Origin: Balanoglossus misakiensis
Lineage: Eukaryota; Animalia; Hemichordata
DNA: 64,000 nucleotides
NCBI GenBank assembly: GCA_040954595.2
Contig: CM082583.2
Span: 6,322,849 to 6,386,848 of the forward strand
Direction of reading: 5' to 3'
Numbering within the stretch: the first letter of the stretch is position 1; every line of letters starts with the position of its first letter. The translations under genes and the position numbers were made by a program. Positions 1 to 12,000 of this stretch are shown in pieces. The notes under the pieces are model-generated. The model saw only the letters and a program-made list of their open reading frames with translations. It was not told the DNA's origin and ran no database searches.

Positions 1-1347
1 AAAATCTTGCGCTTTCACTGTTAAGGTCGTTAAAACGCCCCCTCTCTTCTCCAGTGTAATCCTTTTCCTATTTGCAATGTCTTCAAGTTTTTGCAGCACA
101 ATTTTCGCAACACACTGGATTTTCTGCGAATTAACTATAGCGTAATCATGACTTCTCACTGGGGAAGTTTTCACAAGCTTGCCAGTTTTCTGTACAACTT
201 CAGTGTTCTGTGACCTTCCCTTTGCTGGGTCCCCCATTTCGCTTTGATCCATCTTGCTGTCATTTTCACCTGTTTCAACTACGGTAATATTAGCTTCTTT
301 GCATATTTCCTCAATATCTTCATCAACAGCTCTGGGTGCGTCCTTCGAAACACGGCAGTTCACTGATTTTGACAGGCTGCTAAATAAGCCACCCTTCTCT
401 ATGCGACGGTTTCTCTTCAAGGCAGTACTCGGTCCTTTAGACTCTCCTATCCTGCATACCACACTTCCTCCATTTGGTAAATTTTCATTTTCTGGCACCT
501 TACTTACTGTTGGCATGCCTTTCAGAGGTGGGGAGAAATGGGGAGACATACCGGTAGTTCTCTCTTCAGTCGTTGATGAGCTACTTTGTCTCTTATGCAA
601 ATTGTTTTTCCTTTTCTTCGACGGGCAGTGGGAGTCAACCTGAGTTAATGAGTTCCGCAGATCCTTGTTGATCTCAATCACGTCATTAGAGTTTCCGGTG
701 TTTGGGAGATCAGTTTCACCTGCCTGTTGATCTGTCTTCTCAGCTGACACGACAGTAGAATTCCTTTTGGCAGTTCCTGTGTTTTCTCCCGAAGATTCCA
801 CCGAACTCTCGTCCTCCCCTGGCTTCCTTGCAATGACCATCAACGGCTGGGTCGCGCTTTCCGTCTGACGCACCTCGTCCTGCGAGCCACACATACTGTT
901 TGTCTGATTCCGTGCAACTCCGTTGTCATCATCGTCGTCGTCGAGGATGATGACGACGGGTGCCGAGCGGCATTTCTGGCAGCTGCTCGAGGCAGCCGAC
1001 TTGCCCCGATCCCCGTCTCTGATCGTCCGCAACAGGGAGGTGTAATGCAGCCTGACGAAGGCATAGCACTTCTTCAGCGCCTTCACGCTGATGATCACGT
1101 CGTTCAAGTTGTACTGGCGCTTCGCTCCCTGAATCCGCAGAGTCCGGTTGAGAGCCTCGACTTCCACCTCGGAGACATTCTTCATCGGTACGCCCCTCTT
1201 CTTCAGAATATTGCTGATGAACCCCAGTGCCGGACTCTCGGGAAACAGCTTTGTCACCACGTCATCCAAAACAATGTAGTGCTCTCCTCGCCGCGAAATG
1301 AATGGGAACTCAACATTCTTGAAGACCAGTAATCTATAAGTTGACAT
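1..1347 (-). CDS. Uncharacterised nuclear protein, partial (runs off window start); N-terminal Ski/Sno/Dac-like winged-helix domain followed by a long low-complexity region
   Basis: Manual translation: ATG at 1347 opens a stop-free frame of 449 codons to base 1 (MSTYRLLVFKNVEFPFISRRGEHYIVLDDVVTKLFPESPALGFISNILKKRGVPMKNVSEVEVEALNRTLRIQGAKRQYNLNDVIISVKALKKCYAFVRLH...VKAQDF). It is absent from the ORF track because there is no stop in the window. A splice acceptor (ttcttatctgacAG) lies at 1377-1378, so the exon starts at 1376. Also contains SIM-like VVIILDDDDDD and basic PSKKRK. The domain call is inference from pattern similarity. Confidence 0.8.
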   Translation of the reverse strand, partial: MSTYRLLVFKNVEFPFISRRGEHYIVLDDVVTKLFPESPALGFISNILKKRGVPMKNVSEVEVEALNRTLRIQGAKRQYNLNDVIISVKALKKCYAFVRLHYTSLLRTIRDGDRGKSAASSSCQKCRSAPVVIILDDDDDDNGVARNQTNSMCGSQDEVRQTESATQPLMVIARKPGEDESSVESSGENTGTAKRNSTVVSAEKTDQQAGETDLPNTGNSNDVIEINKDLRNSLTQVDSHCPSKKRKNNLHKRQSSSSTTEERTTGMSPHFSPPLKGMPTVSKVPENENLPNGGSVVCRIGESKGPSTALKRNRRIEKGGLFSSLSKSVNCRVSKDAPRAVDEDIEEICKEANITVVETGENDSKMDQSEMGDPAKGRSQNTEVVQKTGKLVKTSPVRSHDYAIVNSQKIQCVAKIVLQKLEDIANRKRITLEKRGGVLTTLTVKAQDF

Positions 1348-3712
1348 TTTTTCCTCCTCACAGCCAAATGATGTATCTGTCAGATAAGAAAAAAGAAACA
1401 CTTTTAAGAATGCTGTTAAAAGAAGCTAATTTTGAAACAAGATGGGAAAATTTTCATAATGTAAATTTGTCCAAACAGGCGTGTAAATTTGTTGATATTA
1501 ACCCCTATACAATGTATATGACACAACACACAATAAAAAATATACAAATTTGCAAACCCTGTATTGCCCATGGGGAAAACTAATGGATAATGTGTACTCT
1601 CAAAAATCACACCTTTTGGATAATACATGTAATGATGTATATTTAAATTCAGATAAAAAAGAAAATTGTTTCACACAAATGTGTCCAAAGACACACTTTC
1701 TATATGTACTGCTACATGTATACATTCTTTTTGTCAAACATATCAACAGATTATGAATAGCATTTCAGTGAGTAAATGTCATCGGTATTTTTAGCAAATG
1801 TTTAAAATTAGAACAAAGTAATCTTTTGCAGTGTTTCACTGTGTATAACTTCAAATGAGATGGAATCAAAGCATTTTTTTTTTACAAAAATCAATGTAAT
1901 TTCCACGTACATTTCACTGAAGTTTGACAACGAAATATTGACTTAGTTTGAAAAACCGGTAATATTGACTTAGTTTGAATACTATTTGCCAAAGTAAATA
2001 TTTACTTACACCCAAGATCCACCCACACATGAAATACTAGGGTATAGGGCATACCAAGGTTAGATTATAAGATACCCTGAGTAATATATTAATTGCACTG
2101 TAACTATATGGTTACCATTTTTCAGACAGCATGTAAAAACTAAAATGGCGGTTCGTGGGTAGCTGAAGTACGGTGGACAGGAGACAAAATCTGAGTCTGC
2201 CCAAATTCTGGACGGGGCCCAAATCTATTCCACGTCAAAGGATATTTCATGTCCCCCTAAATTTCAGTTTGATGGACGAATGTGAACGTTATTCATTGGC
2301 TGCATTTTATGAATTACCTGATAAAACATGATATCTCATTTGTACATTGAACTACCTTAAATTTGATTATCAGTTTGAATTGCTTGTACAATGTTAATCA
2401 TTTACCTGCACGTACACAAGGTGAATCACCTTTGACCAAACAGGCGGCCATAAAATCACTGACAATTTGTCTTTTGTTCATTGTTTCAAGTTTAGTCATG
2501 TGTTTAAAAAAGGCATCTCAAAGGAAGTTTTTTGTTTGTGCTGAGAAAGCACAGGTGAGAGTGGTGAATTGTTCAAAAGCAGTTCTTTTATTCCTCAGGT
2601 CACACCTCATAATTTGAATTTTACAGTACACTGGTAACCACTGATCTATTTCCAGAATTGCAATAGTGTCCAATTTAGGCTGGGGAGAAGTTGCTTGATA
2701 CTTCTGCTTTTTCTGATTCTAAACTGCTTATTTTTGCGTGAAAATGCCTAAAGGAATATTCTTTATTCTGTCCATGAATGATGCATGGTCAGGGCGAGTC
2801 TGAGATTGTGTAAGGTGTAGACGGAACAATGGGCTGCAAATACAGTCATACGTCTGCATGGGCATACGTAATCACGACGGGGAACCCCCTTCTTGGAATA
2901 AATTATCTCTGACGTGCTAAGTACGGCTTTATGCGCATTTGGCGTACACAGAAATGTGCATTTACACAACAAAGCACGAGTTTAGTGTTTACTCATATTA
3001 ATTAACTAGAAAATAAATCGTGGTTTACTTGACTTCCATTACTGGCATTGGTTATTGAGAGGGGGTCTATTTTACTACCGTTCGGTTCTTCAACTTCCCG
3101 TCTCTGGGTTCAGTGGCAGCTGTCAGTGTCAGCATATTGATTATAAAATATAAGGTTCTTGAAATACATTCAATGTATTGGTGATTGTGCAATAACCAGC
3201 CGCACTCCTCGAAATCATTGGAGGTACGAATAATCATCTACCTCGTGAATCGACGATGAACATTTACAGAATGATTCAGACTGAATTGTATGACGGCAGT
3301 CAGTCAGCTTCTGCATGCTGCTTAGCCTTATGTCATGTGCGTTCACCTGACGACAGTTGTAGTCATTTTGTGTCTTGACGCAATGCGTGTGGATGTACCC
3401 AGCAGCATCACAACTTTTCCGCTGCAATCATCTGCATTTGCGAGAATATTAAATTGAGTTTTACACTTACGTTTTCTTCTTATTACCACTCTTCTGTTTC
3501 ATCGCTATACAGTCGAAAAGCCAGGCAGTGATTCTATCTCGGTACTCAGGTGACCATCCAGATGAATTGTGGGTAATAAAACAAAATGTCTGCGCCCATA
3601 GCAGAAGCACGGAGCACGGAGTGAGTGTCGAGTGGGTCAGGACTCGGGAAATTGCCTGTAATACGTACGGTAGCTTGTGTATATCCCTCGAACATCTCTC
3701 AACCGCAATGAA

Positions 3713-6700
3713 ATGCGCATCGGAACTCTTCTAGGAACTTGCAGTCGAATACTGCCGACAAGATATCGCCGACCACGCAGACCATTAACACGATCGCGAT
3801 GCACACTCGCAAATAAACACAATCGTCAGAACCCGGCTTCGTGTATATTTCTCCGTTCTACAGGGGAAACAATACTGTCACATTGTGGTTTCAAAACTTA
3901 CACCCGTGTTGCAAGCCAGACGATTTATTCACTTTCTTCGGGACATGGAAAGTGTGGCATAGCTGTTATCAGGGTGTCAGGTCCCAATACAGGGAGTGCA
4001 ATCCGCGGACTGACAAACGAACGAGACACGCCCACTCCTAGGAAGGCGTCGTTTCGGAAATTTTATGATCCGGTTTCAAGTGAAATTCTAGACCAAGGAT
4101 TACTTTTGTGGTTCCCAGGTTGTTACTTCGTTTTTAACTTAGAATCTTACACTTACCAAGTTCATTGTGTCATCAGCTGATGGGGGGGGGGGGGGGGGGT
4201 ATATAGTCTGTAATTGTACATTTTCTTCAGACTTACTTTTAAGTGAAACAAATGAATTGTCAAAATCCATCCCAGGAACACAGAATCACATGATCTGTTT
4301 TGTACTGATGACATGTTTAATATGAAGCCTGGTACAATTTGAATGGATATAATTCCTATTCAATTCAGGACCACAAAGCTTTACGGGTGAAGATGCTTGT
4401 GAATTTCATGTCCATGGCGGTCCGGCTGTCATCAGTGCAATGTATGCAGCTCTGGACGCAGTACCAGGTCTGAGACATGCAGAAGCTGGGGAGTTTACAA
4501 AAAGGTGAATAGGATATCACGTGGTCATCTATATTAACACTACCAGTATGTCCTTGTCAGTACTGTACCTGAAGTATTTTTGTTGGCTCGTAATTTCCCC
4601 CAGACGTATTTGAACAGATTTTTACATTTTAAATGCAGTTTTAAGAACAAATGTATTTGTGTACACTGTCTCTCTTGAAAGAGCATTTCAGAATGGCAAA
4701 TTGGATTTGACAGAAGTGGAAGGGTTGGCAGATTTGATCCATGCTGAGACTGAAGCTCAGAGAAAACAAGCACTTCGACAGATGCAAGGTGAGCTGGGAA
4801 GATTATACAGTGATTGGAGACAGAGGTTAATCAAGGCAAGTCATCCATAATTTTCATTCTCCCCCCCCCCCCCTCTGCATGCAGTCTTTGTCTGCATTTC
4901 TATCACAGTTTCTCATTATCTCTGTAACTTAATCATGAACTTTGTTCTGCAGTGTGCCGCCAGTGTTGAAGCCTACATTGATTTCAGTGAAGATGACAAC
5001 ATTGAAGACGATGTCTTAGAAAATGGTACGAATCAAACGAGCAATTACATTCCATTAGTTTCTTGATTTTTAGATTCAAACTGACGGTTTTATTTCACCA
5101 GAGTCTTCACCAGAGCTTACACTGGTGTAAAACATTGAGCGTCAACATTCAAAATACTTGGAGGTTATACATGACAACACACCAGCATAAACGTGTCTTC
5201 ATCTTTTAACCTCCACAGCATCTGTAGCAGTAAAAACTCTGACAAGAGAAATTGAAGACCACTTAGCGGATAACAGAAGAGGCGAACGACTTCGCAGTGG
5301 TGTATATATTGCCATAGCAGGGCCTCCTAATGCTGGTAAAAGCAGCCTCCTCAATGCAATATGTAAGTATGAAAAGTATGTGATTTTTCAGAATTCTCAA
5401 ACTACTGAACAACTCTGTCGCAAACGCTACATGTATATATACCCACTGTTATGTTCCATCAACATGGGATAAATAATGCGATCATTTTAGGTATAACAAA
5501 CAAACCTATTTACTGATTGACTGAAAAACTCAACAATTAACAAAAAAGCAGAACACCAATGAGATGACAGGGGGCGCTATAACAGTTGTAGCTATCAGAA
5601 TACTACACCTACATTCAAAGCTGCTTGTTGACTAGGAATGAATTTTTGAAAGTTTGATCTGCATGTCATTGGTTCAGGTCAGAGACCAGCAGCTATAGTT
5701 TCACCGATTGCTGGAACTACCAGAGATGTGGTAGAGACGGCTCTCAACATTGGTGGTTATCCTGTGGTGATCAGTGATACAGCTGGACTTAGAGACACTC
5801 AGGATGTGATCGAACTGGAAGGTGTAAGGAGAGCAGTTCAAAGGTCAGTATAAATCCGTTGAACCAGTTCCCATATTTTTACCATACTCGGACTTCCTTC
5901 TGCTAATAAATACACACCATGTACTTTACATACTACCATGCTAACATGCTGGCCAGTGGGTAAATAGAACCACTGGGATCTTTCCAAGTATGTGTGTATG
6001 TTAATGTGTACACGTCTATGTACATGTATGTCTGGCTGTCCATTCTTCCATCCACATCACCCATCCACATATATTTGTACCTCCTCACCCATGCCAACCC
6101 ACCGAGACTGGCATGGTGAGCATCCAAGTCACAAACACAGCGATTTTGAATGAAGCTCTCTTTCTTCTTCTTTTCAGAGCACAGCAAGCCGACATTACAG
6201 TACTTGTATTAGATCTGACAGAAATACGACCAGGTGCAGTGGTGAAACACATCATGGAAAACCTGAGTCATCTGAGAGAGAAAGAGTCGGTGACACCTGA
6301 AATAGCACCCAAGTCACATGACAGTAACAGTCAAACAGACAGTTTGCCACCAGATTGGACCAAGGATACTATTGTTGTGTTAAACAAACTAGACGCCTTG
6401 TCGCCTGAAGACCGGGACATTCGCACATTCGAGGAAACTGCAAAACTGAGGAATGTATGTCTGATGTCATGTCTCCATGGTGACAACTTTGACAAATTCT
6501 TGGAACTTCTACAAGATAGAGTAAAGACAATGTAAGTGTCAAGACAGGTAGTTGCTAGGGAATCTCTGAAATCAGTGCATGAGGCCTACTCTAGAATAAA
6601 ATGTTGCACATAGACTGCTGCAGTGTTCTGTTTAAAACAGATGTGGGATTACCCCTGATAAAACAAACTCTACACCCAGTACACACAAACTGATGACACA

Positions 6701-6968
6701 ACACTGCACTACTCACTGATGTCATCTTATTGCTACCTGTAGGTGTGGCAATCCTTCCAACGGCAATCCAAGTTTGACTCAAGCGCGGCACAGAAATCAT
6801 CTACAGAAATGCGTTGAAGCATTACAGACATTTGATGATCACCAGGACTTGGTGATCGCTGCCGAACATTTACGAATTGCAATGCAAGAGATTGGAAAGA
6901 TCACTGGCAAAGTGGGCGCTGAGGAAATACTGGATGTTCTCTTTCAGGATTTCTGTATTGGAAAATAA
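3713..6968 (+). CDS. GTPBP3: Mitochondrial tRNA modification GTPase GTPBP3 (MnmE/TrmE/MSS1 family), 8 exons
   Basis: Predicted exons: 3713-4118, 4369-4504, 4682-4835, 4953-5025, 5219-5362, 5678-5843, 6178-6531, 6743-6968; phases join in frame. Family motifs: [68 protein letters not shown]1 [10 protein letters not shown]2 GTTRD, G3 DTAG, G4 NKLD, C-terminal FCIGK. The Arg-rich N-terminus resembles a mitochondrial presequence. Confidence 0.96.
4836..4952 (+). other. Non-canonical GC-AG intron (GTPBP3 intron 3)
   Basis: Homology continues through RLIK; the donor is AAG|GCAAGT at 4836 and the acceptor ttctgcAG ends at 4952; the next exon resumes [14 protein letters not shown] in phase 0. Confidence 0.85.
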
Positions 6969-9051
6969 ATTATATCGAAAAATCTGTCTGGTTGTGTATG
7001 TCGAGATGCCATGTTAATTTTCATTGTCGTGAATTCTAGCAGGTCAGAATGCAAGATTGACAGGCACTTTGGACGCAATTTTTGTGATAAAGTAAAACAA
7101 ATGACACGTTTTTATCCCAAACCTCTGAATTTATTCAGTTTTTCTATCGGAGAAAAAGAATACAACTTGGTATGCAGGAAAAAAAATCAATTATTGCTGG
7201 AAACTTTGTTCAATATCTACAAATACTGCTGTGACCAAGTTAACATCCCTGTGCCACTAACATACATCAAAAATATGAAAAAGTTGAAAGGAAACTGGTA
7301 AGTGTAATGGGGAAAGTCAACATCCAGCTGTAAACTGAAATGAACTGGCAATTAAACGAGTCACAATAGAATTAGTTTTTAAGCAAAAACAGTAAACTCG
7401 CCACTAATGGTTTTCCAAGCTGATCCGTTGACAACATACAACATTTCAAATGATAGTCTACAGTGAGATTTGTCTTAGAACGTTTAGATAATGCCCCAGG
7501 AGTTGTCCTCTCAAAGTGTGAAAATAATACAAGACGAGGCAGTAACTGAAAACTTCACATCTTTCATGTACTAGTATTTTGTAATTGGGGCGTCCTAATC
7601 ACGGTAAATACAGCAGCTGCAGCTTTAATTAGCAAATTTACATGTGTAGATACGGTTGGAAAACCTGTCACGTAAAACAATCTTACAAGAATCTCTGAAC
7701 GGCCCTATTGCTTGAATAACTGACAAAATATAGCAAAATTATGATTCACAATTGATGAATGGCACCCAGACGTGCATAGCAGAAAGGTCCATCCACTGGA
7801 AACAAAGTATAAAAGAAACTACATGTAATACATGTATATCAAAAACATCCACAGCTCACCCTAGTTAATACACTTGTGAGTTAAATTACAGCAAGTGCTG
7901 AAAATGTAAGCAGATTTATAAAAAAATAAAGTTGAACTAACAAGGCAATCATGTACAGACACCGAGTAAATAAATAAATACCAAAACAAAAATGTACCCT
8001 AATAAGTCTCACGGATTTGGGGGAGGGGGTTACGAAAAAGAAAACATTGCACAGAAGATGTACAAGGTTGGTTACCATGGTCAGTTACCATCCCCACATT
8101 TCTCGTCACTTATAGCAAGGGTTACAGTAAGTGGCCACTTGGTAACTGACTGGTACCAATGAGAAGTCTTGATAATAAATACACCAAAAATTGAAAGAAA
8201 AAAAAAAGACCCACAAAATTTGATATCAAATTTCCTAATCCTTAAGCACTTTTACAAAGTATCCATGGTGACTAGATAAAATAAAAAATCCCCAAAGTAA
8301 TGTCCCTTAATTTTTTTATAGTGATGCTTTTTTATTTTTTTTTCTACATATCAGTGTTGGAAATTCCAACGATTATCAAAGAGGACAATGACTTGTATGA
8401 CAAAGACAATGGCAGATTATTCATGTACACCCCCTGCTGGTTGGGATGTACTTATTTGGTAAATTTTGTTCTAGCACACTGAACTTGAAAGTCAATTGCC
8501 TGGTGGTAACAGTCACTACAAGATGATCAGCAGGGAAAGCCTCACTGTATTACCTATATCTACAATCTTGAAGCCGAAAACCAGGTGTATACAACCTTAC
8601 CTCATCATTTCTTACTATCCAATTTGGTTTTGTACTCAATGTCCATAACACTGAATCATCGGAAAGATATCAACAATGTCTTATTGGCATACGTCGGCAT
8701 ACGTTGAAATCAGACTTTTTGACTACAGTTAATTGAAAATATTTGGGACTGATCTATGTGAAGCAAGTGCACCTCTCTTATCTGTAATCTCCCCACCACA
8801 AAGCTCATTGAACGTGGAATTCTCTTGAATGCTATACCCTCAAAGAGTTCCGATTTATCACACACTAGATGTTGCAAGAGCTACGTCAGAATGTAAGAAC
8901 TCTACATAAATTATTTTTCAAAGACCTTGTTGATTGGCTTGCTTGTTGATTGGACTTTCCCCTCCCATTACAGGTATACACAGTCAGGCAATAGTGATAA
9001 AACTGGAGAGAGATTGAGCTTTTTCAACCTAGTAGCAAATATACAACAAAT

Positions 9052-12000
9052 TTACACATCATTATCTACATTGTTCTCTTCCTCTTCCTCCTCCTCCTCC
9101 TCTTGTTCCTCCTCAGCATCATCTCCTCCTCCAACTTTGATGTAATTGGCATCATCTTCAATGTCCTTTGCGGCAGGTCCCTCGTCGTCAGCGTAATCCA
9201 CATCGTTTTCCTCCACGTCACTCTCTTCGTCCTCCTCCTCCTCATCATGGTCCTCTTTGATATCCTCCGACTCATCCCCCTCATCCTCTACCCTCCCCGC
9301 CAAACTATCTTCAATTACTTCTGCATTCTCCCCCTCGCTTTCCCCCCTTTCTTCTTCTTCTGCTTCATCCTCCCCCTGGTATTCTTCCCCCTCTACATCA
9401 TTGGCCTCATCTATGAAGTAAAGAAAGTGAAAATTATGCATTAAAATCATCTCATGTTCCCCCCCCCCCCCCCCCGCCAGTTAAGTTACCACAATACAGC
9501 AATTGATTAGAAGAAAACAGTACTGTCCTGTTTTTTCTCGAAAAGTACAAATATTTTTAAATGCTATGCATATTGTGTGTATCAAAGTCACGCAGGTACA
9601 TTTTGTTTTGTGTTATGTTTGAGCAACGATTTTCATGTTAGTAGAAGATTACAGCAATGATTACTGTAAGAGGAAACAACACGATGCAATACATATAGTT
9701 AGTATTGGTACATGTACATGCAAAGTTGCATTTTTGCCCTGCATAAACATGCACAATGCGTGGCTCCTGAAATTATCCAGCTACTGGGAAAAATTGGGCA
9801 AAATAGCTAGCTACTGAGAGGGCAAGTCGACAAAATAGCTAGCTACCAACAGTGAAATTGATAGAATAGCTAATTGCAAGGGGGAAATTGCCAAAAAGTG
9901 GACAGAATATCTTGGTATTGGGACAGACAATATATCCAGCTACTGTAGGATAAGTGGGCAAAATATCTAGCAAAGGTATTGGGAAAGATATAGTATCTGA
10001 CTATAACAATCTGATAAAATTTCTGGCAACTGACTCTAGGGAGACAAAATGTCTAATTCTGGGATTAAAGAGGACCCACTGAACAACGAAATGCTGAAAA
10101 GTTACCAAAAATCTTTGATTTTATAGGGGACGAAATAAGTGCAGAGACTTGGTATAAACTAAGAAGCAAAACATATATGCTTAGTGGGAATGATTGATGA
10201 AATATGCTGCTAGCGTAAGTGGGTGACTTATACAGCAACGAGGGGTACGTGCGTAAAACATGCCAGATACTGGGGAGAGACAGTGGACAAAACATGACCA
10301 GCTCTAGGACCCGTCCTATTGCTATAAGCCCCACTGGTATACCTTGCACATCATTGTCAGCTCTCTCTTCAAACAATTCATTCCTCTTGCCTTCACCCTG
10401 TAAAACGTAAAGCCAGGAACGTAAAAAGCCACCGCCATTATATTTGCATGCCACATACAGTCCAAAAATGACAGGGAATATAGAACACTGAAATGAAACT
10501 TGTTAGATCACAGGAAACGAAGAACAAAAAGGAACAGATGCGAAACAGGAAGTTGTGTTTTTCTTTCTTCTCAGAATCATTTGATGCAACAGTTTCCAGA
10601 TAAAAGGGTTCATAGTGGTCGGGGTTTGAGACGCCACAGTACTGAATGTCTCCAGTATTTCAAAACACTGTGCTGTCATTTTAAATGCTGACATATAAAG
10701 TATATCTAACAAATCAGAGAATATTTTTTACGCATATAATTTAGTGAAACCAGAACCAACATAAAAACCCTTTACACTGTTGAAGACGTTGGTTTATGTT
10801 GATGAATTTGACAAGAGACTAGAAACAGTCAACAGATTGTGTTAAGTATTAACAACAGAAACAGATAAAGAATGAGGAGTATTAAACATTTATGAAGATC
10901 TTCCACATTACTCGGTCTTGTATCAAACAACTCACAAATTTCAACTAGGAGTTGTTCATGTATGATGTATGCACTGTACAATACAATATCTGATGACCAA
11001 CAAAAACACGTTTTTGGACAGAATACTGCAGCCCACAAAACATCCAAGGAAAACAGTTTTATTTACCTCTTCTTGCAGGTTCTCCTCTGAAAAATAAAAT
11101 AGATGCAATTAATTGTTTGCCATCATTTACAACCTTACACACATTTATTTATGATGTAATTTTTGTGGGGCAAATCCCATTTGCAGGGCACAACATCACA
11201 GCTATGCAATGAACTGTGATGCCTTCTCCATTTTATATATACATGTACAATGTTATCACACACCAGCGTTGTAAATTCAGAGAAATGCCTGGTCAGATAC
11301 AGGGATTTGCACATCCATCTGTCAACCTCGGACAGCTTGAATGTCTAAATTCCCCAACCAACCCATGAGTCTACTGAATAGTTCCACAGCAATGAGCCCA
11401 CCTACCTCTGTTCACATCCTGTTCTCCCAGTCCGCCTCTATCAGCTTCCATCTCAACCATCCCGGGATCCCCATCCTGTGGTCTCCCTGCGAAATGATGC
11501 AAGGTTACATCAAGAATATGAAGAAAAAACTTCAGGATTATCGATACGGATTATTTTAATACCTTTGACAGGGACTCATAAAAAGTAAAACTACTGAAAG
11601 TCCAGCATGAAAATTTCACAAATGTGTAAAACTAAAAGTTAACCATACCGTCTATTTGTTGATTCATATCTCTGCCCTCATCTGGCCTGGAATTAAATAT
11701 TATACACAAAGTATAAGTATAATACATTAAATGATTACAACTATAGGCAATATTCTTCCAAAATGCCGCAGTAAAATGGGCCTGGGTGTCTAAGAAATCA
11801 TACTTAATATACTTTTGTACTTTTCATGTTAGTAGATTACTTTTATACTATACCAAAGTTTTTACCTCTGTAAATTTTCTTGATATTGTAGTCTGTTGTC
11901 ATCCATTTCTGCCGGCTGAGCAGGGATTTGTTCTTGGTTTACATTCTGAAACATTACATAAATCTCTGTCTTAAGTTAATTTTTTTTTTAAGTTTATAGA

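Noticed and set aside
254-1332. ORF-track calls 254-643(+), 840-1064(-) and 1045-1332(+)
   Set aside because: Antisense or off-frame shadows of the longer minus-strand frame 1347-1.
9066-9444. Arg-rich and hydrophobic ORFs overlapping the acidic exon
   Set aside because: Alternative-frame and antisense readings of the GAG/GAA-rich GOLM tail.
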